Of a DNA stretch of 20,000 bases, positions 1 to 10,149 are shown in pieces (position 1 is the stretch's first letter; every line of letters starts with the position of its first letter). Origin of the DNA: Rozella allomycis CSF55. Lineage: Eukaryota. The notes under the pieces were generated by a model. It was not told where the DNA came from, made no database searches, and saw only the letters and a list, made by a program, of their open reading frames with translations. Location of the stretch: positions 44,248 to 64,247 of the forward strand of contig KE560565.1 of assembly GCA_000442015.1 (NCBI GenBank), written 5' to 3'. A program made the position numbers and the translations under genes.

Positions 1-78
1 ACGTTAAAACTTTCATTTTACGTTTCCAATGAAAACAAAGAACAATATAGCTTAAAATGATAAAATATGCAAAATAAT

Positions 79-1875
79 TTATTTGATATTATTCTTTTTG
101 AGTAAATTTCTATAATTCTGTTCGTTCTGGAACATTTTTCCCAACTTTTTATATTTTACAAATTTGGACGCAAAGTTCAATTTCTTCTTTTTTAATTTTC
201 CTTTATCATACTCTTGATCATACTTGCTTGGAACTTTTCCAATTTTAGAGGCTTGTTCAACGATTGAATTTTCAACTTTTTCTTCAGGATCCCATTTATC
301 CACGCTTGAACCATAAATAGATTTCGATTTCTTCAATAATTTATTGTTAGAAGTACTTAATTTTGCAATTTGTTTTGAAATTGTTTTTTGTAACATTTCT
401 TCCTTCACTTTGGAGGGTGCATCCCAGTCCACCGTAAGAGAGTTTTCATTCTGGTCCACTTTGGTTTTTTTGTTTGGAGGAGTGTCAAAATCATTTTCCT
501 TTCTGATTTTGCTTACTTCTAGAGGCTTAGTCTTATCATTCGATTTTCGATTCTGTAAAACAGAAAATATTTCAACTGGGGACTTTCCATTATTATTCCA
601 AACTTTTTTATAAAAGAAAATGTACCCATTTTGCTTCAAGACAGTTGAAAGCCCAACTTGAGAAGTCTATATTGGACGATATGATATTTTACTGAGCTAT
701 CGTTCATGCAATACCATAAATTATTAGAGTTTTTAACAAAAGAGTAATAATGTCCAGAATTACATGAGCTGCCACTATGAACAAGAATCGCATAGAGTTC
801 ATAGTGACACTTTTCACCACCCTTGCTCATAAAAGGAGTCAAGTCAAGTTTTTCCTTAAATTCCACGAATTTAGGAATTTTTTGGCCAGTCATGCTAAAC
901 CTTTTTAAATGTAGTGTGAGAACAAGAGGTGCATCAGTTATAGAGAATTTCTTAGTTGCGTCAACTTTCTTTTGACATCGACTGCAGTGATATTGGTTGG
1001 AACCACGTAAAAACTCGGGTTTAACAAACGTCTCTAAGGATTTTATAACAGAATTCGAGTGGCGAATATCCAACGACAAGTCCAGAAATGGATCAACAGT
1101 GTCAGATGTAGTCTTACATATCGAGCAAGTAATTTGGCTCTGAAGATGCCCACCAAACATTTGATAAACAATTGTTGTTTCCTTTAACTTTGCATCTATT
1201 TTCCTTTTATCATCAAAAAGTTCTCTTACGGATCAAGACCAAAAAGAGAATTTTTTTGAAGGGACTCGATAAAGCACCTTAAAAACTCATGGGAATCCTC
1301 CTGTCTTCCCAATTTCATCCGTCTAGATATGACTCTTAACCCCTGAACGATTTTTGTGGGTTCAAGAGCACCTTTTCTTGTCTCTAAACATTTGGAAAAA
1401 AGTTTTTCCATTTCACAGAAACTACAAAATCCTACTATTTTACCTAAACTATTAACAAAGTAACAAATTTACATTCTTTGGAATGCATTCCAGTTCGCAA
1501 ATAATTACATAAAGGTGCAGTGTATAATAAGCATTGCAAGACAGAGTTAAGAAAGCAGGTGTTGCCCATATTATGAAGGCCAGGCCCAATCGGCATTGGC
1601 TTTGGCCACTTCCAGTTTTCAGATCTTGAAAGAAAATCGGGCGAAAAAAGATATATTTTGGTCTTTTTGGCTTTTTCATTGTCTTGGAGATCTTTAGTTT
1701 GGGGTTTTCTATAATATCCGTTTACGGCCCCAAACTTTCGTTGGATGTTTTCCTCCTCTTCATCTCTCCTCCTTGCTTTGACAAATTTAATTTTTTGATC
1801 AAAGAGCGAAGTACTAGTCACTAAATTTCCCAAGTTTTCTTCAAGTCTCTTTTCGGGAGATAAAATTCTTCCCAT
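79..1875 (-). CDS. USP36: Ubiquitin-specific protease, USP36/USP42 family (nucleolar USP36-like); exons 1875-1473, 1443-1230, 1203-693, 666-79; ~571 aa
   Basis: Cys box GLHNMGNTCFLNSVLQCL, QEDSHEFL, zinc-finger CSIC/CSRC, LHLKRF, His box HSGSSCNSGHYYSFVK and MNDSS. Three GT-AG introns (1444-1472, 29 nt; 1204-1229, 26 nt; 667-692, 26 nt) join the ORF-track pieces into one 1716-nt frame. The C-terminal DKWD...YDQEYDKGKLKKKK...FQNEQNYRN resembles the USP36 acidic/basic tail. Confidence 0.93.
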
Positions 1876-2165
1876 AACTAGGGTGGCTTAGGTTTGTTTT
1901 TTTCCGAAATTTTTCCAATTATGAATTCGCTGATTTTGAATACTTCATAATTTTTAAAGTCTGCTTCTTTATAACGGATATTAATTATTAGGTGACAAGG
2001 TATGTGACATAATAATTATTAAAATTTGTCAATATAATAAATGCATACCGACGATGAATTCTATTTACAATTTATTAATCATCATTTGACTGAACAGTGA
2101 ACTATTGGATCACTATATCTTTTGGAATTGAATGTTTATACTTTCGTGTTTACTGACAAAATTGA
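1876..2165. promoter_or_regulatory. Short bidirectional intergenic/promoter region between the divergent USP36-like and RhoGEF genes
   Basis: 290 bp between start codons on opposite strands (1875 on -, 2166 on +). AT-rich, with two GTGACA motifs at ~1992 and ~2004. Function is inferred from position only. Confidence 0.55.
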
Positions 2166-5100
2166 ATGGATCTAGAGCAACCTGCCTCACCTGGCTCATT
2201 AAATAGTTTAATTGTAAGTATAGAGCTACCAAACCAAGTAATACTAAAGACAAACATTAGTCCCACTCAAAGGACAAAGGTAGATTTTTGATTATGTTGT
2301 CGATAGGACTTGATGTCGTATGTTGTTCGTAAGACAAAAATAGGCTATCCCGATATTTTTGGTTTTGAAAAGCCTTTTATAAATCCATCTTTCGGTATGA
2401 GGGCCTTAGGTATCATACTGCTGCTTGTTCAAGTAGATCGCATTTTCCTTTGTGATACGCTCCCTATTCTAGATCAAATTACTTCCAAAAATGCAAAACT
2501 AAAGCTTGGAATCAAATTCACTCTGGATGATGTGAAGATGGATTCAATCGACGATGTTAGTCAACAATTCCTGTTTTATGACGTAAGAAGATCTAAATTA
2601 ACATTTTACGTAGTTGTCTTCGCGATATGTCATGATCCCATACTTGCCTAAAATTGAATTGGATTTGTTAATTACGTTGTCTTCACTAGTATTTTCATGT
2701 AAAGACGCCGCTGAAAATTTCGCGCCTATAGAACACTTTTATCCCTCCGCATATATAACTGATAAATTTAAAGAGCAAGAAATAATTAAAAGATTGAGTT
2801 CAGAGTCCGAAAAGTTTCGTTCCCGACCGCTAAGAGGTATATTCTAAGTTAAAGCTCTAGTAGAAAACATTAAAAGCTTTCTGCAACTTCTGAGACAAAA
2901 AATACCATTTCTGTTTTATGGAATGTTTGAAGCAACAGTAGATGATTAGTGAATGGATGAATAGGTACCAGAATGGGATAATACGATTTGGTTAATGGTG
3001 TCAGGAAGCGGAATACGTATTCAAGACCATAACTTTGTATTAAATTAAATTTAATTTGAAAGGTGACTCAATATTATGTCCCGCATAAGTCATGCTTTTC
3101 TTGGACTTCAAACGAGGAATGTCAGAGTGTTATTCTTGATCCGGACAGAACTTCAGCGCTTTTTGAAGATAAAAATTTGATTTCGACGACGTCCAACGAA
3201 TCATTAAATATGACACCAACTCTTTCATCACCTGTTTCCAAGAATGGGACAATCAGGAACTTTTTCAAGAAAAAGGTTTCGCCATCTAGCAGAAACCAAG
3301 ATATCGAAAATAATAGCGAAAAAATTTACAAAACAAAGTTTATTTTAAAAACCACAAATCGTCATATCAATGTAAGTTAAAAGCTTGGCGAATTATATTC
3401 AGGATCTTGAAATGGACATCCTGTCGACAATTAACAATGGTCAGTTATTATCAGAGTATATTACGTTTTATCATACACAGCTAACAATTAATAAAGAACA
3501 AATTCTTTCATCAGAAAATGATGTAATCGATGACCCCAAGCTTTCAGAATCTGACGTTTTTTGCATCGGGAAGTTTGATTACGTAGCAAAAACTGATGAA
3601 GAGCTAATGTTTCTCAAAGGAGAAAGAATTCTCGTCATTGAAAAATTGGGCAACGGATTTTATCTTGGAGAATGCAAAGGTATTCAAGGAGTATTTCGTG
3701 GAAACTGTGTGCAATTTGAGAAAATTGAAAAGAAACAAGTACATGCAATATCAAAAGTTGGTGGTAATAGCAATCCTATAAATCAACCGAGCAAAAATCA
3801 CTGTGAACTCTGGAGGAGAAATTTTGATGATAAATCTTTTAGACCAAAGTCGAACAACAGTATTGGTAACACCCAAGACTACTGGAAGGGTAAAAGTTCA
3901 AAAGAAACCTTAAAAGGGTTTAGTGAACATGATTGTAGAGAAAATTGGGCTACAGGATTCTGATTTTTTTGACGTCGCGGATGAAACAGAAATTCCTAGT
4001 ATGTGCATTTGTTCTAACGAACTAAGATAGATGGCTTCATCCAAATATCCCTGTTTTGCAACAAGGTGTATATCAGTCATCTAGACTAATTTTTAAATTG
4101 CGTATTGTGGCGGTTCCAATTGAAAGTATCATTGATCATAAAGCAATTCATTTGTATTTTGCTCAAGTATTCTGATGATACATAAATTTCAGGTTAAATT
4201 AATGATTTTGGACAGCTTGCTACCAATAGAGGAAAATGAAGCCATTGAGCTAGCAGGACTATTGCTTCAAGCTACGTTAGGGGACTATGATCCAGAAAAA
4301 CATAAACAGGGGTTTATTGAAAACCTTTCAGATTACTTACCAAAGACGTTTCTCAATAAGGTCTCCTACACAAGGAACGAAAGCTGGTGGAAGAAGAAAT
4401 TATTTTCACATCATCAGAAACAACAAGGAATGTCAACGATTGATGCCGAAAAAAATTATGTTCAACTAGCCCAATCCCTAACATCTTATGGCCTTACATT
4501 GTATCCTAACGTAACAACAAGATATTATCCAAAAAGGCTTTGGAAACAATTAATTTAGGCTTGTCAAAAGATTATATTTGGCTTATTGAAAAGGAGTCCA
4601 ATGTGAGTCATTCGTTGCCCCTTGATGATTCAAGTTGGTTCCAGAATGGGTTTACATTGCGGTTTACTAGAAATGAAAAAGTAATTTGAACAAGCATAAA
4701 TCTTTAAAGACAATTAAATATTTTTCCCTGAAAACATTCACATTTATGGACGATTATTGGTTTCTCGATGAAGGGCTGAAAATAATAGAGTCTCGGGGAC
4801 TTTGCAAAAAGGTTAGGAAAAATATGGCACTCCTGAATATCAATATTTCTCCCATTTATATAGAAGGTTAGAATTTTAGCTATCTGAAATACTTAGCCAA
4901 TAATATTCCACAATCTGACCCAGAGAACCTATATTTTTGTTTAAAGGATGGTTCTTTACTTTGCTCCATAGCTGATGCCATTTCAAAGTCTTCCATAGAA
5001 TTAAATCATATTAATGATTCATCAACACAGGCTTCTATTGAGAGAATTGATATGTTTCTTTGTTTCTGTAGACAATTTTTGAAACTGCAAGAGAAGGAAC

Positions 5101-6982
5101 TTTTTCTTGCTGAAGAATTGCTAAGCTTTGAAGCGAAGAAGTTTTTAAGAGTTAGAATATATTATTATTTGACAATAGGTTATTAAACTATTAGCCAACA
5201 TTTTTGAGATGGATGTGGTCAAGTCGATTCTAAATAGTCTGAAAATGACCTTTGAACATAATGAAAATAGAATGTCATATTACAAGCATCATAAGGATCT
5301 CGTGGTTAAAGAAATTGTCAATTCAGAAAGGTCATTTGTGACTGACATGGGGAGTGTGTCACAGGTTATTTATTAATGCATATATTATACAGACAATAAA
5401 GGTAATTAAAGATGAAAATCTTCTTGACAAATCTCAAATATCCCAAATATTTTTAAATCTGGACGGTATTTATCAACATCACAAACTTTTTTTGGAAAGG
5501 CTAGAGTCAGCAACATCTGAAAACAATACTTCATTAATTGCACAATGCTTTGTTGATAATGTAACTATTGAAAAAGAATAATACTTTATAGGCTGATCTA
5601 TTTGAAAAGCTCTACGAGACATTTTGTTCTGGGCATTCGGATGCTGCTCAAATGCTGGAGGATTTAAAGACTGAAACTAAACTATCTCAAAGGTTTAATG
5701 ACCTTTGGAATGTCAGTTTGGGATCTCAATTGATAAAGCCTGTGCAAAGAATACTAAAATACCATCTCTTGTTAAAGGAACTTTTAAAAAATACAGAGAA
5801 CAATGATCCTGGGAAGGCTCAGATAGAAAATGCACTCGAGGTGATGAGAAAGGTGGCATTAAATATCAACGAAATTAAGAGAGCCACCGAGAATGATCGA
5901 ATACTTAAAAATTTAATATCAAACATACAGGGATACAACGTAATTGAAAATACTCTAAGACAATATTAGGGGAGACCAATTGAAAGTTTTGGCAAATTAA
6001 TCTTGGATGGGGACATGACAATGTTTATAAAGAATGATTCACTGTCGCCATCAAAGCAATCAAAATTCAATTTTCACTTTTCTCTTTTCAATGAAATAAT
6101 TTTGTTTTGCAAAAAGAAGGACCCAAGCGCCAAACAGAAGAATGTGACGTTCAAGTACAAAGGAATGATTCCATTGAACATGATTTTGGTAAAAGATCAA
6201 GTTAACAACTTTGGAAACCCTGAAGGTAACGATAATAAATGCGATTAATAGAAATGAAATATGCTTGGGAATTAGTTCGAATGGATATTCAACTTACGGC
6301 TATAATGATATGTAGATCTACAGAAGAAAAGGATAGATGGGTTTCTGCAATGATAAACGCCATTCAAATTGGCAATCAAAATTTTGAAAGGAAAGCTATT
6401 GAAACAAATCAAGTAGTGAAAGAAGACATTGAAGCTCATAGGCAGGAAAGAATTCGTAGAGCTAGCGTCCAACAAGGTGTTACAGCAACGGAAAACGAGT
6501 TAACTGAAGCTGAAATTAAAGACAAAATAAACATGGAAATTGAAAATCAAAAATCTATCGAAAATGAACTGGAAGCTGAAATGTCGCTTCACCTTGACCT
6601 ATTGAAAGAATTGGCGCGTCTAGACGACGAGATATCCAACATACATGCCCAAAATGCAAAGGAAAAGGAAATTTGCAACAGTCTTGAACTGGATTTGCTT
6701 AAAGAAAAAAGTGCTTTGAAACAATCTAACGAAGAGTTTCAATTAAATAAGGCCTGTGCAGATGAAGTGGCCAAACAATTGCAATTACAACTTTCACATA
6801 TTAGAGAATACAAAACCAGCATTTCTTCCTTACTTGCAAAAGATACAAATCAAAATGAAAACTTTGTCAACAGCATTAATTCTGTCAGCGAATCTTTAGG
6901 TTTGTCTAGCATTCCTTACTCATTAGCTTCAATAATGAAGAAAGGAATATTGACTAACAAAAATAAATATACATCAGAATGA
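2166..6982 (+). CDS. Dbl-family Rho guanine-nucleotide exchange factor, FERM-SH3-FERM-CH-DH-PH-coiled coil, ~1427 aa, ~19 introns
   Basis: ATG at 2166. Introns: 2280-2306, 2410-2436 (uncertain), 2583-2613, 2837-2860/2863, 2938-2964, 3037-3062, 3372-3402, 3764-3791 (or 3803-3842), 3890-3916, 3999-4026, 4167-4192, 4511-4536, 4681-4709, 4867-4896, 5151-5178, 5365-5392, 5561-5591, 5940-5969, 6226-6251. These give a continuous 4284-nt frame. FERM1: VSIELPNQ..TKDLMSYVVRK..DIFGF..LKLGIKF..QQFLFYD. SH3 at 3556-3717. FERM2: MINLLDQSRTTVLV..RWLHP..HLYFAQVK..AIELAGLLLQATLGDY..AEKNYVQLAQSLTSYG. Vav/Cdc24-like CH: LKDGSLLC..FCRQFLKLQEKELF. DH: VKEIVNSERSFV..LIKPVQRILKYHLLLKELLK..NINEIKR. PH: FGKLILDG..LFNEIILFCKK..EEKDRWV. 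Heptad-rich C-terminus. Confidence 0.88.
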
Positions 6983-7077
6983 AACGCGTTATATTTGATG
7001 ATATTATCCCAACCTGCAGCCATACCAAAGTCGTCAGAAACTTTTAAATGCATTCTATCACAAACTTCTCTGAGTTG

Positions 7078-8175
7078 TGTAATTCATTGTAAAACACCTT
7101 TACTTCAAACTCGTTAGTGACTTTACATTACAATGTCCCTAACCCTTTCGTATAAGAAATTTCCTTTTGTGTCACTACACGATGAAAAAGTTAACGATCA
7201 ATGAGAATATTTTTAGCAAGAACTAGAAGACGTTAGGTTCATCCATAATCCATCAACGAGTCTCTTGCACTTCCATTTGAATGTTTGGGTTAACCAAAAA
7301 TCTAATACTTACTAATTGCTAAAGAAAACTGACACTGGACCCAATTGTTCTAAAGGGAAAAGCATTTATTTATATACCATTGGCGCTATTTATCAAAGAT
7401 ATGTTTTCTGAATAAAATATGTACGAGCCCAAAAAATTTCTCTTGCCAGCCCACCTGGAATTTCCGCACTGGAGCTTACGTGTTAAAATATCTAAATAAA
7501 AATTAATTAATTTTCCCAGCCCAGTTTAAATGTTTTATAATCTTTTTAGCCCACCTCTAAAATTTAAAAGCCACCCTACCCTTGTATACAATTTTTAATG
7601 TTCAAAGCCCAAAAATGTGCGCCTTTTTTTACAAGTAATACCTGAATGCATAGAAAAGGAGAAATATGTGAATCGTATGATCAAGCCGAGCACATATTGA
7701 AAATGGATTTTGGCTCTGGTGTTTCCATGACTAAATTAAGAGGCCCTAAGATGTTTTAGTGCAAAATGTGCCCGGAATGTGAGAGACATCAAGACCCAGC
7801 TTGAAGGTGGCTGCCACTCAGTTAATTGAGGAAAATTATGATAAAGTGCCCTCGAAATTGCCAAAGTTATGGAGGAGAACTCCCAAGCTGCATCTTTATC
7901 ACGACACCAAATTTATTAAAATACTAGCAACGGCTACACAAACAAGCTAGTAAATGGTATTTGTCTTTCCTTATTTGAACAACAAGATTATCACCTGGAC
8001 AATTTTAATGATTCAATATCTGGATTGAGCCATTGTTCCTTACAAGTTGATATTCGTATTCCGTACCTGCCAAAGTTATATAAACTTCCCACATTAAAAC
8101 AAACATTTAACAAACAGCCCAGTATACCACCAAAGGCGCATATGTCATTCGTTGGTTCAATTACCCAATTTGGTT
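7078..8175. repeat. Deleted copy of the composite block at 11877-14695 (5' end of unknown gene, MULE 5' part, kinase 3' part)
   Basis: 7078-7948 aligns with few SNPs and small indels to 11877-13156. After a 6-nt filler (AGTAAA), 7955-8175 aligns to 14476-14695. This copy lacks about 1.3 kb corresponding to 13157-14475. Confidence 0.9.
7615..7948 (+). mobile_element. Truncated 5' fragment of MULE transposase (copy of ~12812-13156)
   Basis: Near-identical to the N-terminal coding part (CPECERH motif) of the MULE pseudogene at 12812-13950. Confidence 0.75.
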
Positions 8176-9600
8176 TATAGCGTTGAGGCCCACACCAACC
8201 TAATATATGGAATGTTAACGTTTTACCGTGAGTGCCAACAAAATGACAAATGATTGTCCAAATGATGAACAGCAATTAAAGTCAGTTAGATAAAATATAT
8301 TAGTCAAAGGATCAAAGACTATATTTTTCAATTTAAAGTCTAAATGACATACGTTCAACTTATGCGTTTTTGTCAGCGCCGAAAAAAATAGAAAATATGC
8401 GTACTTGTTACAAATCGTGACCCTTTTTTGTTATGGAATAAAAAGTAACACATTCAATATTAACCATAACTTCACGCCAAAGAGGGTTGCATAGCCTTTT
8501 CCTTTCTCTTTCTTCATATATCTCTATATCCAGAGAGGCACAATGATGTGCAATTCCTATTAACTAACAGTTAGTGAAACTCGACATCCCTTGCGCCACG
8601 ATCTATTATCTTTCAAAACCATGAGTTCGGTTATAAAATAATTTAAAGATATGACCTTTGCACGACGTCATAATATCTATATTACCAAACTTTATACCGG
8701 CCGGAGATAATTCTTCCAGGTCACGTTGAGGTGCTTCTCATCGCCCTATGGAATTGCAGAAACGTTTGGGCCTTCACTACCCGATGTCTCATCATCATGA
8801 CGGGTACCACCAGTGACAGCATTATCAATGTTGTGTTGCTTTCTGCGATTAGTGCCCTTGCGCTTTCCATCATTGGGTCTATTAGTTTTCGATCTAGTCT
8901 TAAATGGATAAGTGTAGGTACGGTGAGTCTGAAGCAAGCCCTACAAGAAGTTTTTTAGGTTTTGAAAGCGCAAATTTTAACTTTAGGTATTTTGAGCAAA
9001 ATGTGATAAAGAACTCAGTCTTTAAAAAATATTTTGCATTAGAATAGTAGTTGCAAATTACAACACAGGTTTCAGCCGCCATGGCGGAATTAAAGTATTG
9101 AATAGCTGATCGCACGTAAAGGAACTTTGTGAGCAGAATCATTCGGCATGGTAAGCGCATTAAAGTCATTTTGAAAAATTTTTGTCATAATCAAAGAATC
9201 ATTAAACGCCCACTGAACGGCAACTATTTGACGTTCAAGCCCTGTGAATGCCAAACAAATTGGGCTACCGTGTCCCCACAAAACACAACAGGGGTGGTAA
9301 TTGATCAAAGGAAACATCAAAACTACTTTCAATGATTATTAAGCTATCTTTTAAGCCTTTCAAATTTTTAATTATATCTGCAAACAATTGACTCTCATGC
9401 GCAGTGGAATTGTGGTCTTCAGATCGCAACAAACACAAATGTGCCTATTTATCAGGCCACCTTCGCCTTGATCATCTATACGGAACAATCATTTTGGAAA
9501 CTTTCATTTATCATTATGGTACCGAAATAGACCCATCGAATTAATACCTCGATTAACTTAAAAGATAATGTCCCATCAGGCAGAGTTTTACCATATCATG
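7955..9600 (-). pseudogene. Protein kinase pseudogene with a long N-terminal extension (possibly Crinkler-type nuclease-kinase)
   Basis: The reverse strand gives, in order: MVLK.. (subdomain II, ~8620), HIIVPL (IV), catalytic loop CHLDFKLKNIVF (8323-8346), LTDFN (8275-8283), FVGTHGWCGPQ (VIII, after removing a 27-nt GT-AG intron at 8200-8226) and NDICAFGGILGCLL (IX). Several frameshifts and stops. The upstream boundary is approximate. Confidence 0.8.
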
Positions 9601-10149
9601 CTCATTTTAGGTTGTGGATGTCATTTTAGGTTGCAACTTTAATATTTAGAAGAAGTAAACGGTTGATTGAGAGACAAAGGCGCTAAACCGTAATCAATTA
9701 ATATACATTGACGTTTCAAATTCGAAATATTGTTTTTTCTCGTTTGCGCATGCATAAACTTTAAAGTATCGACTGTATCTCTATACGTACAGCTTTAGTT
9801 CTAGCACGTGAAACGAAATCCGATTTCCCTGAAAATTCTAGAGAGCAATTAAAGTCAATTGCCCATTCTTTATGATTTCGACGTTACACAATGTCGACTC
9901 CTCCAATAACACATTAGCAAACTATTTATATTTGATCAAGTGAGAATCTGATTAATTTATCTACGATCACACGAAAAGATTACAAATCTAATCTCAGTCT
10001 TCAGACCAGCCACAGTGGCGTGACCATAATTTCTAAGTATAGACTAAATTGTGAATCTTCGGAAGCCATAAATCTTTTCGAATCTAAATCCAATATTTGG
10101 AGTATTAATCAATGCAGTCGTCAAATTGAATAAGAAATTCATAACATTA

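Noticed and set aside
344-613. 89-aa hydrophobic + strand ORF (also 1452-1679, 4287-4469, 6272-6475, 17655-18089, 18409-18600, 18872-19171)
   Set aside because: Antisense or alternate-frame shadows of well-supported genes or TE ORFs, with no motifs of their own.
2310-6982. Reading the many short + strand ORFs as separate genes, a pseudogene or an alternative genetic code
   Set aside because: Every stop and frame change falls within a short GT-AG intron, and domains continue across the junctions, so the standard code with splicing explains it.
9076-9087. GC-rich palindromes (CCGCCATGGCGG here; GCCGGCCGGC at ~11338)
   Set aside because: Isolated, short and inside decayed sequence, with no supporting context.
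9602-9633. 13-bp direct repeat TCATTTTAGGTTG x2, superficially telomere-like (TTTAGG)
   Set aside because: Only two copies with a 6-nt spacer; not an array.
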